From: an uncultured archaeon
GTDB taxonomy: Archaea; Iainarchaeota; Iainarchaeia; Iainarchaeales; VGJJ01
Direction: 5' to 3'
DNA: 64,000 nucleotides
Assembly: GCA_964480125.1 (NCBI GenBank)
Contig: CAYZNV010000002.1
Coordinates: 4,984 to 68,983, forward strand
This document shows positions 56,031 to 64,000 of the stretch, one piece after another. Under the pieces are notes generated by a model. The model was not told the origin of the DNA and did not search any database. It saw only the letters and a list, made by a program, of their open reading frames with translations. How positions within the stretch are numbered: position 1 is the first letter of the stretch; the number at the start of each line of letters is the position of its first letter. The translations under genes and the position numbers were made by a program.

Positions 56031-56342
56031 TCATTTCTTTTTTGAATAAATAAAACCCCATTTTTCAAGATTCTCAACCGCGGCAGATTTGTTTTCATTA
56101 GAACTGCGAGTAGGAAAACGTTTCTTGAGGCGTTTTATCTCATAATAAAGGGCTTCTCTCGAGCTCAATCCCAAGCGATGATATAAGTCTCCGACATGCG
56201 CGACGCGCGTGTAACCATGACTTTGAGCCCAACGCAATAATCCTCGAAACGAGTGAGGAGTATCCTTCTGATTCAAAAAGCTCAGGGTTACTTCCCCCGT
56301 AGTTCCGCGTTGAATGGAACGATACCGTTTGCGCATTCGCAT
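56031..56342 (-). CDS. hypothetical basic protein
   Basis: 103 aa. It overlaps the 3' end of the PRC-barrel ORF by 55 nt. No motif. Confidence 0.2.
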   Translation of the reverse strand: MRMRKRYRSIQRGTTGEVTLSFLNQKDTPHSFRGLLRWAQSHGYTRVAHVGDLYHRLGLSSREALYYEIKRLKKRFPTRSSNENKSAAVENLEKWGFIYSKKK

Positions 56343-56701
56343 GATAGAAGAGAGAATGAGGAACTAGAAAAAAGAATCCCTGGAAGGGGGTTTGCAAGCA
56401 GTTTCCTACTTGCAATGAATGTAATCCCGTATTGCTGAGAACCTAAGCTGGTAATCTCGCGCTCGTCCACGATGAAAACATCGGAAACGGCCGTAACGGC
56501 TGCGTAAGGGACTTGGATGACCCTTTCCTGCAGGTTGGCTTTCTTGATAACGCGCGACTCGGCGTCGACTTCGACAATCAAGGCCTCAATATTGCCCGTA
56601 TTCTCGTCCACTAACAAGTCGGATAAGCGACCGACCTCGTCGCCGCGATTCGTGATCACGCGTTTCGTAGCCAATTGGCGTGCGATTGCAAATTTGTACA
56701 T
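56288..56701 (-). CDS. PRC-barrel domain protein (with an odd C-terminal extension)
   Basis: 'KRVITNRGDEVGRLSDLLVDENTGNIEALIVEVD' is PRC-barrel-like. The last 45 aa or so are low-complexity and overlap the next ORF. Confidence 0.45.
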   Translation of the reverse strand: MYKFAIARQLATKRVITNRGDEVGRLSDLLVDENTGNIEALIVEVDAESRVIKKANLQERVIQVPYAAVTAVSDVFIVDEREITSLGSQQYGITFIASRKLLANPLPGILFSSSSFSLLSCECANGIVPFNAELRGK

Positions 56702-57077
56702 ATAGGAAACCCCCTTATTGCTGGAGGAACGAATTTCAGATATAAAAACGTTTACCTAAGACAAGGCCAAATACGCAAAGGCGGAGAGCGAATCGCCGAT
56801 TAGTCCTTGGAACGCATCCTTTTCAGAGGTTTTCTTCCAGGGTGCCGGGGAAAAATATCCTTCAATGCCTGTTCCTCGAGAAAGCGGCGTGCCAGGGATG
56901 GAGGCGCGTCCACTTCATCCATGAAACGCTTCTTTTTCTTCAATGGATGGGGATCCTTAGTCAGAGGCATGTCTAAAGAAAGAAATCCGAGTTTATATGG
57001 GTGTTTTGAGCCCAAAATAAGGCCAAAATCCCCTTTTATGTCGTTTATTTTTAACGATTCGGGAGAAAGAAGAGATT

Positions 57078-58253
57078 ATGGCACTCCCCATTCTCCAGAA
57101 TCAACCTACTCAAATAGCCGAAGAGCAGACCGGTGCATTCGATGGAGAACTCATTCAGGTGGGGGGAGAATCAAAACTCCAAGTGGAAGGGACCTATCAG
57201 CAAGAGCTGGAACGCCAGCAATACCGAATGGTGGGAAGCCACTCCGCAGTAAAAGTATGTGGATGGACAAAAAATATGCTCCGCGGCGAAGGCGGTTGTT
57301 ACAAATTGAAATTTTATGGAATTCAATCCCACCAATGCATGCAGATGACTGTGAATTTCAGTTGTGCCAATCGCTGCACCTTCTGCTGGAGAGGGACAAA
57401 AGCGCCGGTAGAGAAAGAATGGAATTGGAAAATGGACTCTCCCTCCTTCATCATCGACGAAGCGCTCAAAGCCCACCACTTGTTGTTGAAAGGATTTGGA
57501 GGAAATCAAAAAGTTCCCCAAGTCATGTTTGAAGCATCCCAGCACGTAGGGCACGTCGCGCTTTCATTGACGGGAGAACCCATTGCATATCCCAAAATCA
57601 ATGAGCTCTGTGAAAACTTTCATCGCAAACACATTTCCACATTCATTGTGACAAATGCTCAATACCCTGAAGCCATCAAGAATCTCAATACCATCACGCA
57701 ACTCTATCTTAGCGTGGATGCGCCCAACAAAGAAGTGCTGAAGCAGCTTGACATCCCTCTTTTTTCGGATTACTGGGAGCGCTACAATCAATCATTGGAT
57801 GAATGCGCCAAAAAAAAATATCGCACTACGGCAAGACTTACAGTAGTAAAAGGAATCAATGACATTGAACCAGAAAATTATGCCAAGCTTATCCGACAAG
57901 GAGACTTTGACTTTATCGAAATCAAAGGATATATGCACGTGGGAGAATCACAGAAGCGCTTGCCCCGGAGCGCCATGCCCGACTTCGCGTACGTCAAAGA
58001 ATTTGGAATGAAAGTCCTTGCATTCCTACAGGGAAATGGGGAAGATGATTATGAGTTTGCCTCGGAGCACTTGCCGAGCGACGTCATTCTGCTTGCCAAG
58101 AAAAAATACCACAAAAAAACATGGATTGACTTCAACCGTTTCTTTGAACTCATGAACATTGAACATCCCCCCAAGAACTTGGAAGCGATGGAATATTCCA
58201 AGGCCCGAGAAGAAGTAAAAGAGAGCGAAAAAGATTTTGGCGTGGTACAATAG
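57078..58253 (+). CDS. taw1: tRNA 4-demethylwyosine synthase Taw1 (radical SAM, TYW1 homolog)
   Basis: 'CANRCTFCWRG' is the CxxxCxxC radical SAM cluster. 'VKVCGWTK', 'KLKFYGIQSHQCMQMT', 'LSLTGEPIAYP' and 'EIKGYMHVGESQKRL' match Taw1/TYW1 blocks. Confidence 0.75.
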   Translation: MALPILQNQPTQIAEEQTGAFDGELIQVGGESKLQVEGTYQQELERQQYRMVGSHSAVKVCGWTKNMLRGEGGCYKLKFYGIQSHQCMQMTVNFSCANRCTFCWRGTKAPVEKEWNWKMDSPSFIIDEALKAHHLLLKGFGGNQKVPQVMFEASQHVGHVALSLTGEPIAYPKINELCENFHRKHISTFIVTNAQYPEAIKNLNTITQLYLSVDAPNKEVLKQLDIPLFSDYWERYNQSLDECAKKKYRTTARLTVVKGINDIEPENYAKLIRQGDFDFIEIKGYMHVGESQKRLPRSAMPDFAYVKEFGMKVLAFLQGNGEDDYEFASEHLPSDVILLAKKKYHKKTWIDFNRFFELMNIEHPPKNLEAMEYSKAREEVKESEKDFGVVQ

Positions 58254-58258
58254 CAGTT

Positions 58259-58648
58259 TTACTTCTTCTTTTTCTTAACACGCGGATCGGAAAAAAATCT
58301 TTCAGTGATGCGCGCGTGCAAGTCACCAGTAAAGTGAAATTCTCTCGTGCGAGATGTCGCGCGCAAGCGAGTGCGTTTTACTTTGTAATCTTTCACGATC
58401 AATCCGATTGGCCTCTTCCCCATGCGTAATTCTCGTATGATTGCGGGCTTGGTCCCTTCCACTTGTACTTCCGAGCGCGCACGCACAATAGGTTTTCCAT
58501 TTACCTCGAATCGCACCACGCGGCGGATTATTTTTGGAGTCACGACTTGTTTTTCGAGAAAAAATTTGGCATCAGGAAAAGTAGAATACACGTGCAGCGA
58601 CGTGCCATTTGAATGTTGCAATAACGGCGCATACCAACGAGGACGCAT
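58259..58648 (-). CDS. hypothetical protein (possibly chorismate-lyase/UTRA-like fold)
   Basis: 129 aa, basic. A weak 'NGKPIVRARSEV...GKRPIGLIV' pattern is present. Confidence 0.2.
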   Translation of the reverse strand: MRPRWYAPLLQHSNGTSLHVYSTFPDAKFFLEKQVVTPKIIRRVVRFEVNGKPIVRARSEVQVEGTKPAIIRELRMGKRPIGLIVKDYKVKRTRLRATSRTREFHFTGDLHARITERFFSDPRVKKKKK

Positions 58649-58755
58649 ACAGAAGGAGGAAAAATGAAGTTCTTAAATAGAACCTAGACCAGGAATTTTT
58701 TCCACCAAGCGCCAAAAAACGAAAGGATATAAACCAAATTTGCTTATCACTTGGA

Positions 58756-59019
58756 ATGGAAGACGAAGCACGCCCTCACAAGAAAGGAAAACCATCCATC
58801 GAGATGATTGTATTCGCACTTATCCTCGTGATTGGCATTATCATCGGAGTTTATTCCGCGCAATACCTCCAAGAATTCGTTTCTCCAGAGCAATACAAGT
58901 TGACGCAAGAAGCCAAATTATTGCGCACACAAAATCAACTGCTAAAAGAAAAAGTGGACTGTCTCACGAATGGAATCAACCAGAATCGCGGGAAAGCCAG
59001 TTTGACGGAATGCGGTTAG
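58756..59019 (+). CDS. small single-TM protein with coiled-coil tail
   Basis: 87 aa with TM 'MIVFALILVIGIIIGVYS'. It lies directly upstream of the giant lipoprotein. Confidence 0.3.
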   Translation: MEDEARPHKKGKPSIEMIVFALILVIGIIIGVYSAQYLQEFVSPEQYKLTQEAKLLRTQNQLLKEKVDCLTNGINQNRGKASLTECG

Positions 59020-59069
59020 TCAAATTATTTTCCCTAGATTTTTAAGTTGAACCCAGGCATGCGGCTTGC

Positions 59070-62000
59070 ATGCAAAAGTTTATCCCGATATTATTGCTCC
59101 TCCTCATCGTCGCGGGATGTTTGGATGCCAAACTCTCCCAAGGCGAAGCAGCAACCTGCATGCGCGCCAGCAGCGCGGAACTGACCCACATTCCTTCATG
59201 CACGACGAGTACGGCATGCCAGAGTGCATTTCGGAAGACACAAGAAAGTGGAATTGGAACGCTAACCGGCAGCAGCACTTTCGTCGAACGCGCAGAGCGA
59301 GAGGCCATCAGCGGGTGGTTACGCGCAACGGATGCGGTTCAACGATTGCAGAAAGTCAGGAACGCATGCGCAAATGGAACCATTGGAGAATTATGGGGAC
59401 AAGCCCAGCAAGCAGGAAGTATATTGGGTGAAACCCTTCTTCACAGCGAAAGAAGTCAAATCTATTCCTGGCAAGCGCTACAGCAGACAATGAAAGAAGC
59501 CGAACGAATGGAACTGGATGAGGCACGGGATTCAAAGGCATTTGCCGCTTTCACGAGCGCGGTAGAACTCATACAAGAAGTGAAAACACACAATCCACGA
59601 AGCGTGTTGGCGCAAAAAGTACAGGCCAATAATCAATATTTTGTTGAACTAGCGAAACGGATAAACGGAAAAGACCCCGCAACGTATGATGTTGACATCG
59701 CTAGCGGGTTCGACTTACTCAAGACTCCAGTGAAGATCCTCGAGCCAGGCAATGCAGGAAAAATAATCATCGCATTCTTCCCAACATGGAATAGTTTCCT
59801 TAATTCCGTGCGAACGCGAAAGAACGCAGTAAAAGGAGTCCAAGTACTAGAGGAATTGGTGGCCAGCGAAATGGTTTACCATGCGGAAGCAGGCATTGCC
59901 CCAAACCAAGGAATACATGCAGCAATAATTCAAAAAATAAAATCCATCGAAGAAGGAATTAGAGAATTACAGCAAGAAGAAAAACAACATGAAGAAGAAG
60001 CCGATCAAAAACTGGCCGCACTTGCAAACTATATTCATGAGACACGCGCGCAATGGAATGAAAATAAGGAAAAATATGAGTGGCTCGAAAGCTGGGGAGA
60101 GAACACCCCACTAATTCCAGAAGAACGAATCAGCGTGCTTGAAGATGCAATAAATTCCCTCTCTTTACAGGCGGAAAAACTTCACGCTGCCCGGGCGGAA
60201 AACACCCATCCAATTGGAATTCGTATTGCCGCATGGAGAGAGTGGAAATTAGAACTGGCGCGAATAAGCGAAGAAGCCGACGCGATTAGTCAGCATCATA
60301 CAACTGCAGAAAAAGAGTGCCGTAACCTTGGAAAGGAACTCATGAGCGAGGACACTGCTTCTCCGGCACGAATCGCGGCAAAAGAAGTCGTTGAAGCGAA
60401 CGATATCAGAGTATGGGAATACTGCACGCAACTAATGACAGTAATGCAGAAAGATGCAGGATTAATTATCTCCCCAGCTATTGCAGTGAAAGAAAAAAAT
60501 TCTCTTGCGGCCTGCGTCGAAAAAACAAATGCATACATCAAAAGCATGCGCATTGGAAATACGATTAGTAGAGAAGAGTGGCTTTCCACCCACTATCAAG
60601 ACACCACACTCGCGCGCGCGGCGTGTGAGAGCACGCTACAGCAAATGGAGGCGGCATATGAGCAAAGCAGCAGCGTGATTGAATGGAATAGAAGCAAAGA
60701 AGAGGCACGCGAATTGATTTCCATCAGCATGCAACTCGAAACGAGAGGAAAAAACCAGTCGACGTTTTCTAGTATCACGAAAAAGATAAAGCAATTATTG
60801 AATGAAGAAAAAAAACCCCTTTCATTTGATGAATTACAAAAAAATAGTTCAGAACTTGAAAAAGCAATGGAGGAAATGAGAGAACACATTAGAGAAACGC
60901 TCCAAGAAATTGCAGAAAAACAACGGTGGAAAGTTGTTTCTCCAGCCATCACTCCAATGAATGCGGAAGTAGAGATGGTGCTGCGTTGGGAGATGAAGAA
61001 CCCAGTTGGAAGAACCATTAGCTTTCCCATAGCATTGTCCATTAATTCTATTCCAGGAATTGAAATTATTGAATCATCAATGGCATGGAATAAAAGTGAG
61101 CAGAGAATTATTGTGACATCAACACAATGGGATGAACCCATTCGAATCATGGCAAAAGCAAAAGGAATCGCTGCGCATGCGATTGAAGAAAAGAGCTTGG
61201 GAGAACTAATCGGAAATCAAGTCCGAACACGCATCACGCTCGATGTACAAGCAAAAGCAGACACGACGTTACGACTGGAAATGCACCCATATGGGATTGC
61301 CCCACAAGATGTCATTGAGATCCGGCGCGACGATGGACAACCTTTTCCATTGACAAGTGGAGAGGCAGTCATTCCACTCTCTGAGGAAAACACAAAAATA
61401 GTGATTGATGCCATGCAGCGAGACGTCATTCGCTCAACCACCAACCTAAAGGAAATCCAGACACGTGAGGGGGTACAAATTACTTCCTATGAAGTGGAGT
61501 GGGAAAATACCTCTGAAAAAGCGTTTCGGCTGAGTGCTAGCACAGGAATACGTACCGACCCAATCGAAACGCTTTCCATTCATGTCGCGGACGAGCTCGG
61601 CGCAGACAGTTCATGGGAATATTCAGAAGGGCAAGGAATTGTTATTCAGTCACAAGAAATTGGAGCCAAGAGCAAGAGAATATTTTCAATAGTCACTACA
61701 CAACCCGCTGGAACGGAAAGCTGGCAAGTGCTCAAGGAGAATCTCCTACAAGAGATTATCCACTACACCTCAAGCCCTTTCTCCAGCATCGCTGCGAAAG
61801 CAATTACGTTGCGTCACCGCGTTGAACAATGGGAAGAGGCAGATGATTCGAAGAAGTGGGCAGAAGGATTACAGAGGTGGCAGTTGGAACTAGAATCCCT
61901 CGCGGCCGAAGAAAATATGCATTGGCAAAAGAAAGCCGCGCTGACGAAAAGAAAAAGTGCCCTCAAAGAAATTGATACCCCAGAATGGAAAAGACAACGC

Positions 62001-62909
62001 GAAGCAGCGGATACATTCATGACAGAAAATAATTTTACTGGAGCCCAAAACGCATTGGAATGGTTAGAACAGCAATCCGAGCACGAACTGTCGCCAGAAC
62101 CAGGAGCGCAAAACGTGGATAATGAGAAAAAGAATGAATTGTTGAGAGAGATCACACAACTCAATCAAAAAGTTTCCATGGCACGCGAATCGAGCACAGC
62201 ATATACGCAAGAGCAAGGGATTACATGCAACAAGTTATTGGAGGTCGATTTTGTTTGTCCGCTTAGTGAGAATCAACTCAAGGATTTGAGAGGAGAATTA
62301 GATGCCATCCAAAAAGAATTACGCGAGAATGAAAAGCGAATATCCAAGGACACTCCAACGAGCACAATGGTTGATTCGAGTTTTGATGTGATGACTCGAC
62401 TCCAAAATCAAATCAACACAATCGACTCACGCATCGCTGGAGCGCGAAAGGCGCTGCAAGAAAATGCAGAGCAAACGACTCGTGCGCTTGGGGAGTATGA
62501 AATTATGGAGGAAGAATGGAAGAACAATGTTCAGAAGGCATCCAATACAATCCAGGAAAGACAATATGGAAAAGCCATTTATGTGGGGAGAAATCTATTG
62601 AATTATGCACAGTCCAAAAAAATAGGGAGCACTGGCCTGTCAATTCTACCGGAAAAAACACTACCAGTGGTTGGAGTAATATTGGTAGTTGGGGGAATAG
62701 GGATAGCGCACTGGTGGAAAAAGAAAAAACAAAAACCTGTTGCACTGAAATCAATTCCGCGAGCAAGCGAAAACGTTATGGATCTTCCAAAACAGGAAAT
62801 AAAAAATGACGAGCCCATGATGCCAAATATGAAAATGGAACCCCCACCAACGCCACCAAACCAAACAGAACCAATACCCCAATCCCGGCCGATGACCAAA
62901 AAGAATTGA
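59070..62909 (+). CDS. giant (1279 aa) coiled-coil surface lipoprotein with C-terminal TM anchor
   Basis: Lipobox signal 'LLLLLIVAGC'. More than 1100 aa of Glu/Lys/Ala-rich predicted coiled coil. C-terminal TM 'VVGVILVVGGIGIA' followed by 'HWWKKKKQK' and a Pro-rich tail. Confidence 0.5.
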   Translation: MQKFIPILLLLLIVAGCLDAKLSQGEAATCMRASSAELTHIPSCTTSTACQSAFRKTQESGIGTLTGSSTFVERAEREAISGWLRATDAVQRLQKVRNACANGTIGELWGQAQQAGSILGETLLHSERSQIYSWQALQQTMKEAERMELDEARDSKAFAAFTSAVELIQEVKTHNPRSVLAQKVQANNQYFVELAKRINGKDPATYDVDIASGFDLLKTPVKILEPGNAGKIIIAFFPTWNSFLNSVRTRKNAVKGVQVLEELVASEMVYHAEAGIAPNQGIHAAIIQKIKSIEEGIRELQQEEKQHEEEADQKLAALANYIHETRAQWNENKEKYEWLESWGENTPLIPEERISVLEDAINSLSLQAEKLHAARAENTHPIGIRIAAWREWKLELARISEEADAISQHHTTAEKECRNLGKELMSEDTASPARIAAKEVVEANDIRVWEYCTQLMTVMQKDAGLIISPAIAVKEKNSLAACVEKTNAYIKSMRIGNTISREEWLSTHYQDTTLARAACESTLQQMEAAYEQSSSVIEWNRSKEEARELISISMQLETRGKNQSTFSSITKKIKQLLNEEKKPLSFDELQKNSSELEKAMEEMREHIRETLQEIAEKQRWKVVSPAITPMNAEVEMVLRWEMKNPVGRTISFPIALSINSIPGIEIIESSMAWNKSEQRIIVTSTQWDEPIRIMAKAKGIAAHAIEEKSLGELIGNQVRTRITLDVQAKADTTLRLEMHPYGIAPQDVIEIRRDDGQPFPLTSGEAVIPLSEENTKIVIDAMQRDVIRSTTNLKEIQTREGVQITSYEVEWENTSEKAFRLSASTGIRTDPIETLSIHVADELGADSSWEYSEGQGIVIQSQEIGAKSKRIFSIVTTQPAGTESWQVLKENLLQEIIHYTSSPFSSIAAKAITLRHRVEQWEEADDSKKWAEGLQRWQLELESLAAEENMHWQKKAALTKRKSALKEIDTPEWKRQREAADTFMTENNFTGAQNALEWLEQQSEHELSPEPGAQNVDNEKKNELLREITQLNQKVSMARESSTAYTQEQGITCNKLLEVDFVCPLSENQLKDLRGELDAIQKELRENEKRISKDTPTSTMVDSSFDVMTRLQNQINTIDSRIAGARKALQENAEQTTRALGEYEIMEEEWKNNVQKASNTIQERQYGKAIYVGRNLLNYAQSKKIGSTGLSILPEKTLPVVGVILVVGGIGIAHWWKKKKQKPVALKSIPRASENVMDLPKQEIKNDEPMMPNMKMEPPPTPPNQTEPIPQSRPMTKKN

Positions 62910-63156
62910 AAGTAGTAGTGGTGTTCCAGACTTGAAAGAAAATAGAAGTGAGAAAGAGAAGCACCACACTCAAGAAAAGAGGGATTAGGGTTAGAACGAC
63001 AACTTCAATGGAATGCAATTCACTCCAAGAAAGCCAGAAGCCGAAGCCGAATGCGAATAACACCAAGGCGTAGAGGCGATAATCTGGGAAAAAATAGAGT
63101 GCAAGAAAAGAAACGAGTGTGAACCACGAAACGAGTTCAAGATAGTTCAATTCCAT
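62776..63156 (-). CDS. hypothetical polytopic membrane protein
   Basis: 126 aa with four TM helices. It converges on and overlaps the 3' end of the giant gene by 134 nt, so its extent is doubtful. Confidence 0.25.
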   Translation of the reverse strand: MELNYLELVSWFTLVSFLALYFFPDYRLYALVLFAFGFGFWLSWSELHSIEVVVLTLIPLFLSVVLLFLTSIFFQVWNTTTTFNSFWSSAGIGVLVLFGLVALVGVPFSYLASWARHFLFPVLEDP

Positions 63157-63162
63157 TTCAAA

Positions 63163-63618
63163 TCACTTTACATTCACGGGCATCAAATAAATACCATTCG
63201 GGTATTGCGCGCGGATGTAGGGGTTTTCCTGGGATAACTGCTCGGCTGGAACATAGGTGAATTCATTGGAAACAAACTCAGGATAAAGATGATATCCAGA
63301 GAGCTTGGCAGTGGAAGCATTCAGTATGATGACAACATCCTGTTCGGTGATAGTTGGATCCACAGAAAATTGAACAGAAGCTCCGCCAGGAAACAATAAC
63401 CCTTGACGACCTGCTTGTTCGACGTAGGCCTGAGGTTCATCACGGAATAATTTTTCTATCGTTTGAGTTAATTTTCCAGTAAAAGGGTTTGAGGGCTCTA
63501 ATACCCCTGTTACAAGACCAGTGGGAGCGGAAAGAGTAGAGGGAGAAAGATAATATACCGCTCCAATCGCCAGCGCAATCAGGACAACAAAACCAATTGT
63601 AAAACGATTCATTTCCAT
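63163..63618 (-). CDS. secreted/membrane-anchored hypothetical protein
   Basis: 151 aa with the signal anchor 'FTIGFVVLIALAIGAVYY'. Confidence 0.35.
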   Translation of the reverse strand: MEMNRFTIGFVVLIALAIGAVYYLSPSTLSAPTGLVTGVLEPSNPFTGKLTQTIEKLFRDEPQAYVEQAGRQGLLFPGGASVQFSVDPTITEQDVVIILNASTAKLSGYHLYPEFVSNEFTYVPAEQLSQENPYIRAQYPNGIYLMPVNVK

Positions 63619-63728
63619 AGTACCCAGGAGAACAGAATCAACTTATTTAAAGGTAGGCAAGAGACAAACAAAAAAAGATGAAAAAATAAGATAGTGTTTT
63701 GCGAAAACGCAAAACAGATACAATGCTG

Positions 63729-63962
63729 CTATTGCGTGGCAACAGCAACTTGCCCTTCAATCGAGGACTTTGGTCGGCGAAAGTTGGCGTAAGGGCGGAA
63801 TTTGGTTTTGGTCCAGGCAGTAGGCTGCTTGGAGCGCAACTTGAATTCCTCTTCAAGCAACTTAAGACGGAGTTCCTCATTTGCGACGAGTTTCATTTCG
63901 ACCCCTTCCCAGTGTGTTTTTGGCTCTTGATTGAAAAAATGTCCCCTTTCGACGCGAATCAA
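63729..63962 (-). CDS. small basic hypothetical protein
   Basis: 77 aa with a charged helical pattern. It is near the window edge. A hairpin gttttgcgaaaacgcaaaac at 63697-63716 follows it. Confidence 0.2.
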   Translation of the reverse strand: MIRVERGHFFNQEPKTHWEGVEMKLVANEELRLKLLEEEFKLRSKQPTAWTKTKFRPYANFRRPKSSIEGQVAVATQ

Positions 63963-64000
63963 AAGAAGAGTAGGAACTAATACATGGGGCTTAAGTAGTA

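Noticed and set aside
62776-63156. Convergent 126-aa membrane ORF overlapping the 3' end of the 1279-aa gene by 134 nt
   Set aside because: Not fully rejected, and kept as a low-confidence feature. The extensive overlap with a better-supported gene suggests that its real extent is shorter or that it is spurious.
1-64000. Search for tRNA, rRNA and CRISPR arrays in all ORF-free gaps over 75 bp
   Set aside because: No gap shows a T-loop (GTTCRANYC) with acceptor-stem complementarity. No rRNA-like conserved blocks were seen, and no regularly spaced direct repeats. The only repeats are the double-hairpin elements reported separately.

Overview
This 64-kb window looks like an archaeal chromosome segment. 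Its hallmark content and compact gene order point to a small-genome, DPANN-like archaeon, though I cannot test taxonomy from sequence alone. Hallmarks include e-type ribosomal proteins (S3Ae, S24e, S27ae, S28e, S6e, L7Ae, L24e), aIF2gamma and aIF5B, RNA polymerase E'/E'' (Rpo7/Spt4), KEOPS Kae1 and Bud32, Taw1, CarS and RibL. Classic archaeal syntenies are intact: PIN-Rpo7-Spt4-S24e-S27ae, aIF5B-S6e-aIF2gamma, L7Ae-S28e-L24e-Ndk, and grpE-dnaK-dnaJ. The distinctive parts are as follows. (1) A roughly 16-kb cell-surface locus at 38.4-54.5 kb encodes an archaeal type-IV-pilus/Tad-like machine. It has a major pilin with a class III (prepilin) signal peptide and QxxxE motif, an intact KaiC/FlaH-like ATPase paired with a degenerate paralog, two FlaJ/TadBC-like membrane genes, and a FlaI/TadA secretion ATPase. 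Downstream is an overlapping operon of five or six proteins that all carry prepilin-type leaders, including a 1211-aa vWA/LVIVD-repeat giant. (2) A divergent gene pair at 2.6-5.5 kb splits a PEP-synthase/rifampin-phosphotransferase-like enzyme into a standalone ATP-grasp gene and a wHTH-fused phospho-His swivel gene, with a palindrome in the shared promoter. (3) A family of conserved double-hairpin repeat elements sits directly 3' of stop codons at 8.7, 20.8 and 29.8 kb. (4) A GC-rich island between convergent/divergent genes encodes a 38-aa Arg-rich micro-protein with its own SD, TATA and terminator. (5) A perfect 21-bp palindrome overlaps the TATA box of the hsp operon, next to a divergent wHTH regulator. 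(6) Several unusual surface proteins are present: a Cys-rich tandem-repeat lipoprotein, a poly-Gly tract protein and a 1279-aa coiled-coil lipoprotein. A MazEF-like toxin-antitoxin pair is also present. No tRNA, rRNA or CRISPR array was found by eye. All calls come from reading the six-frame translations and the raw sequence; no database searches were run.
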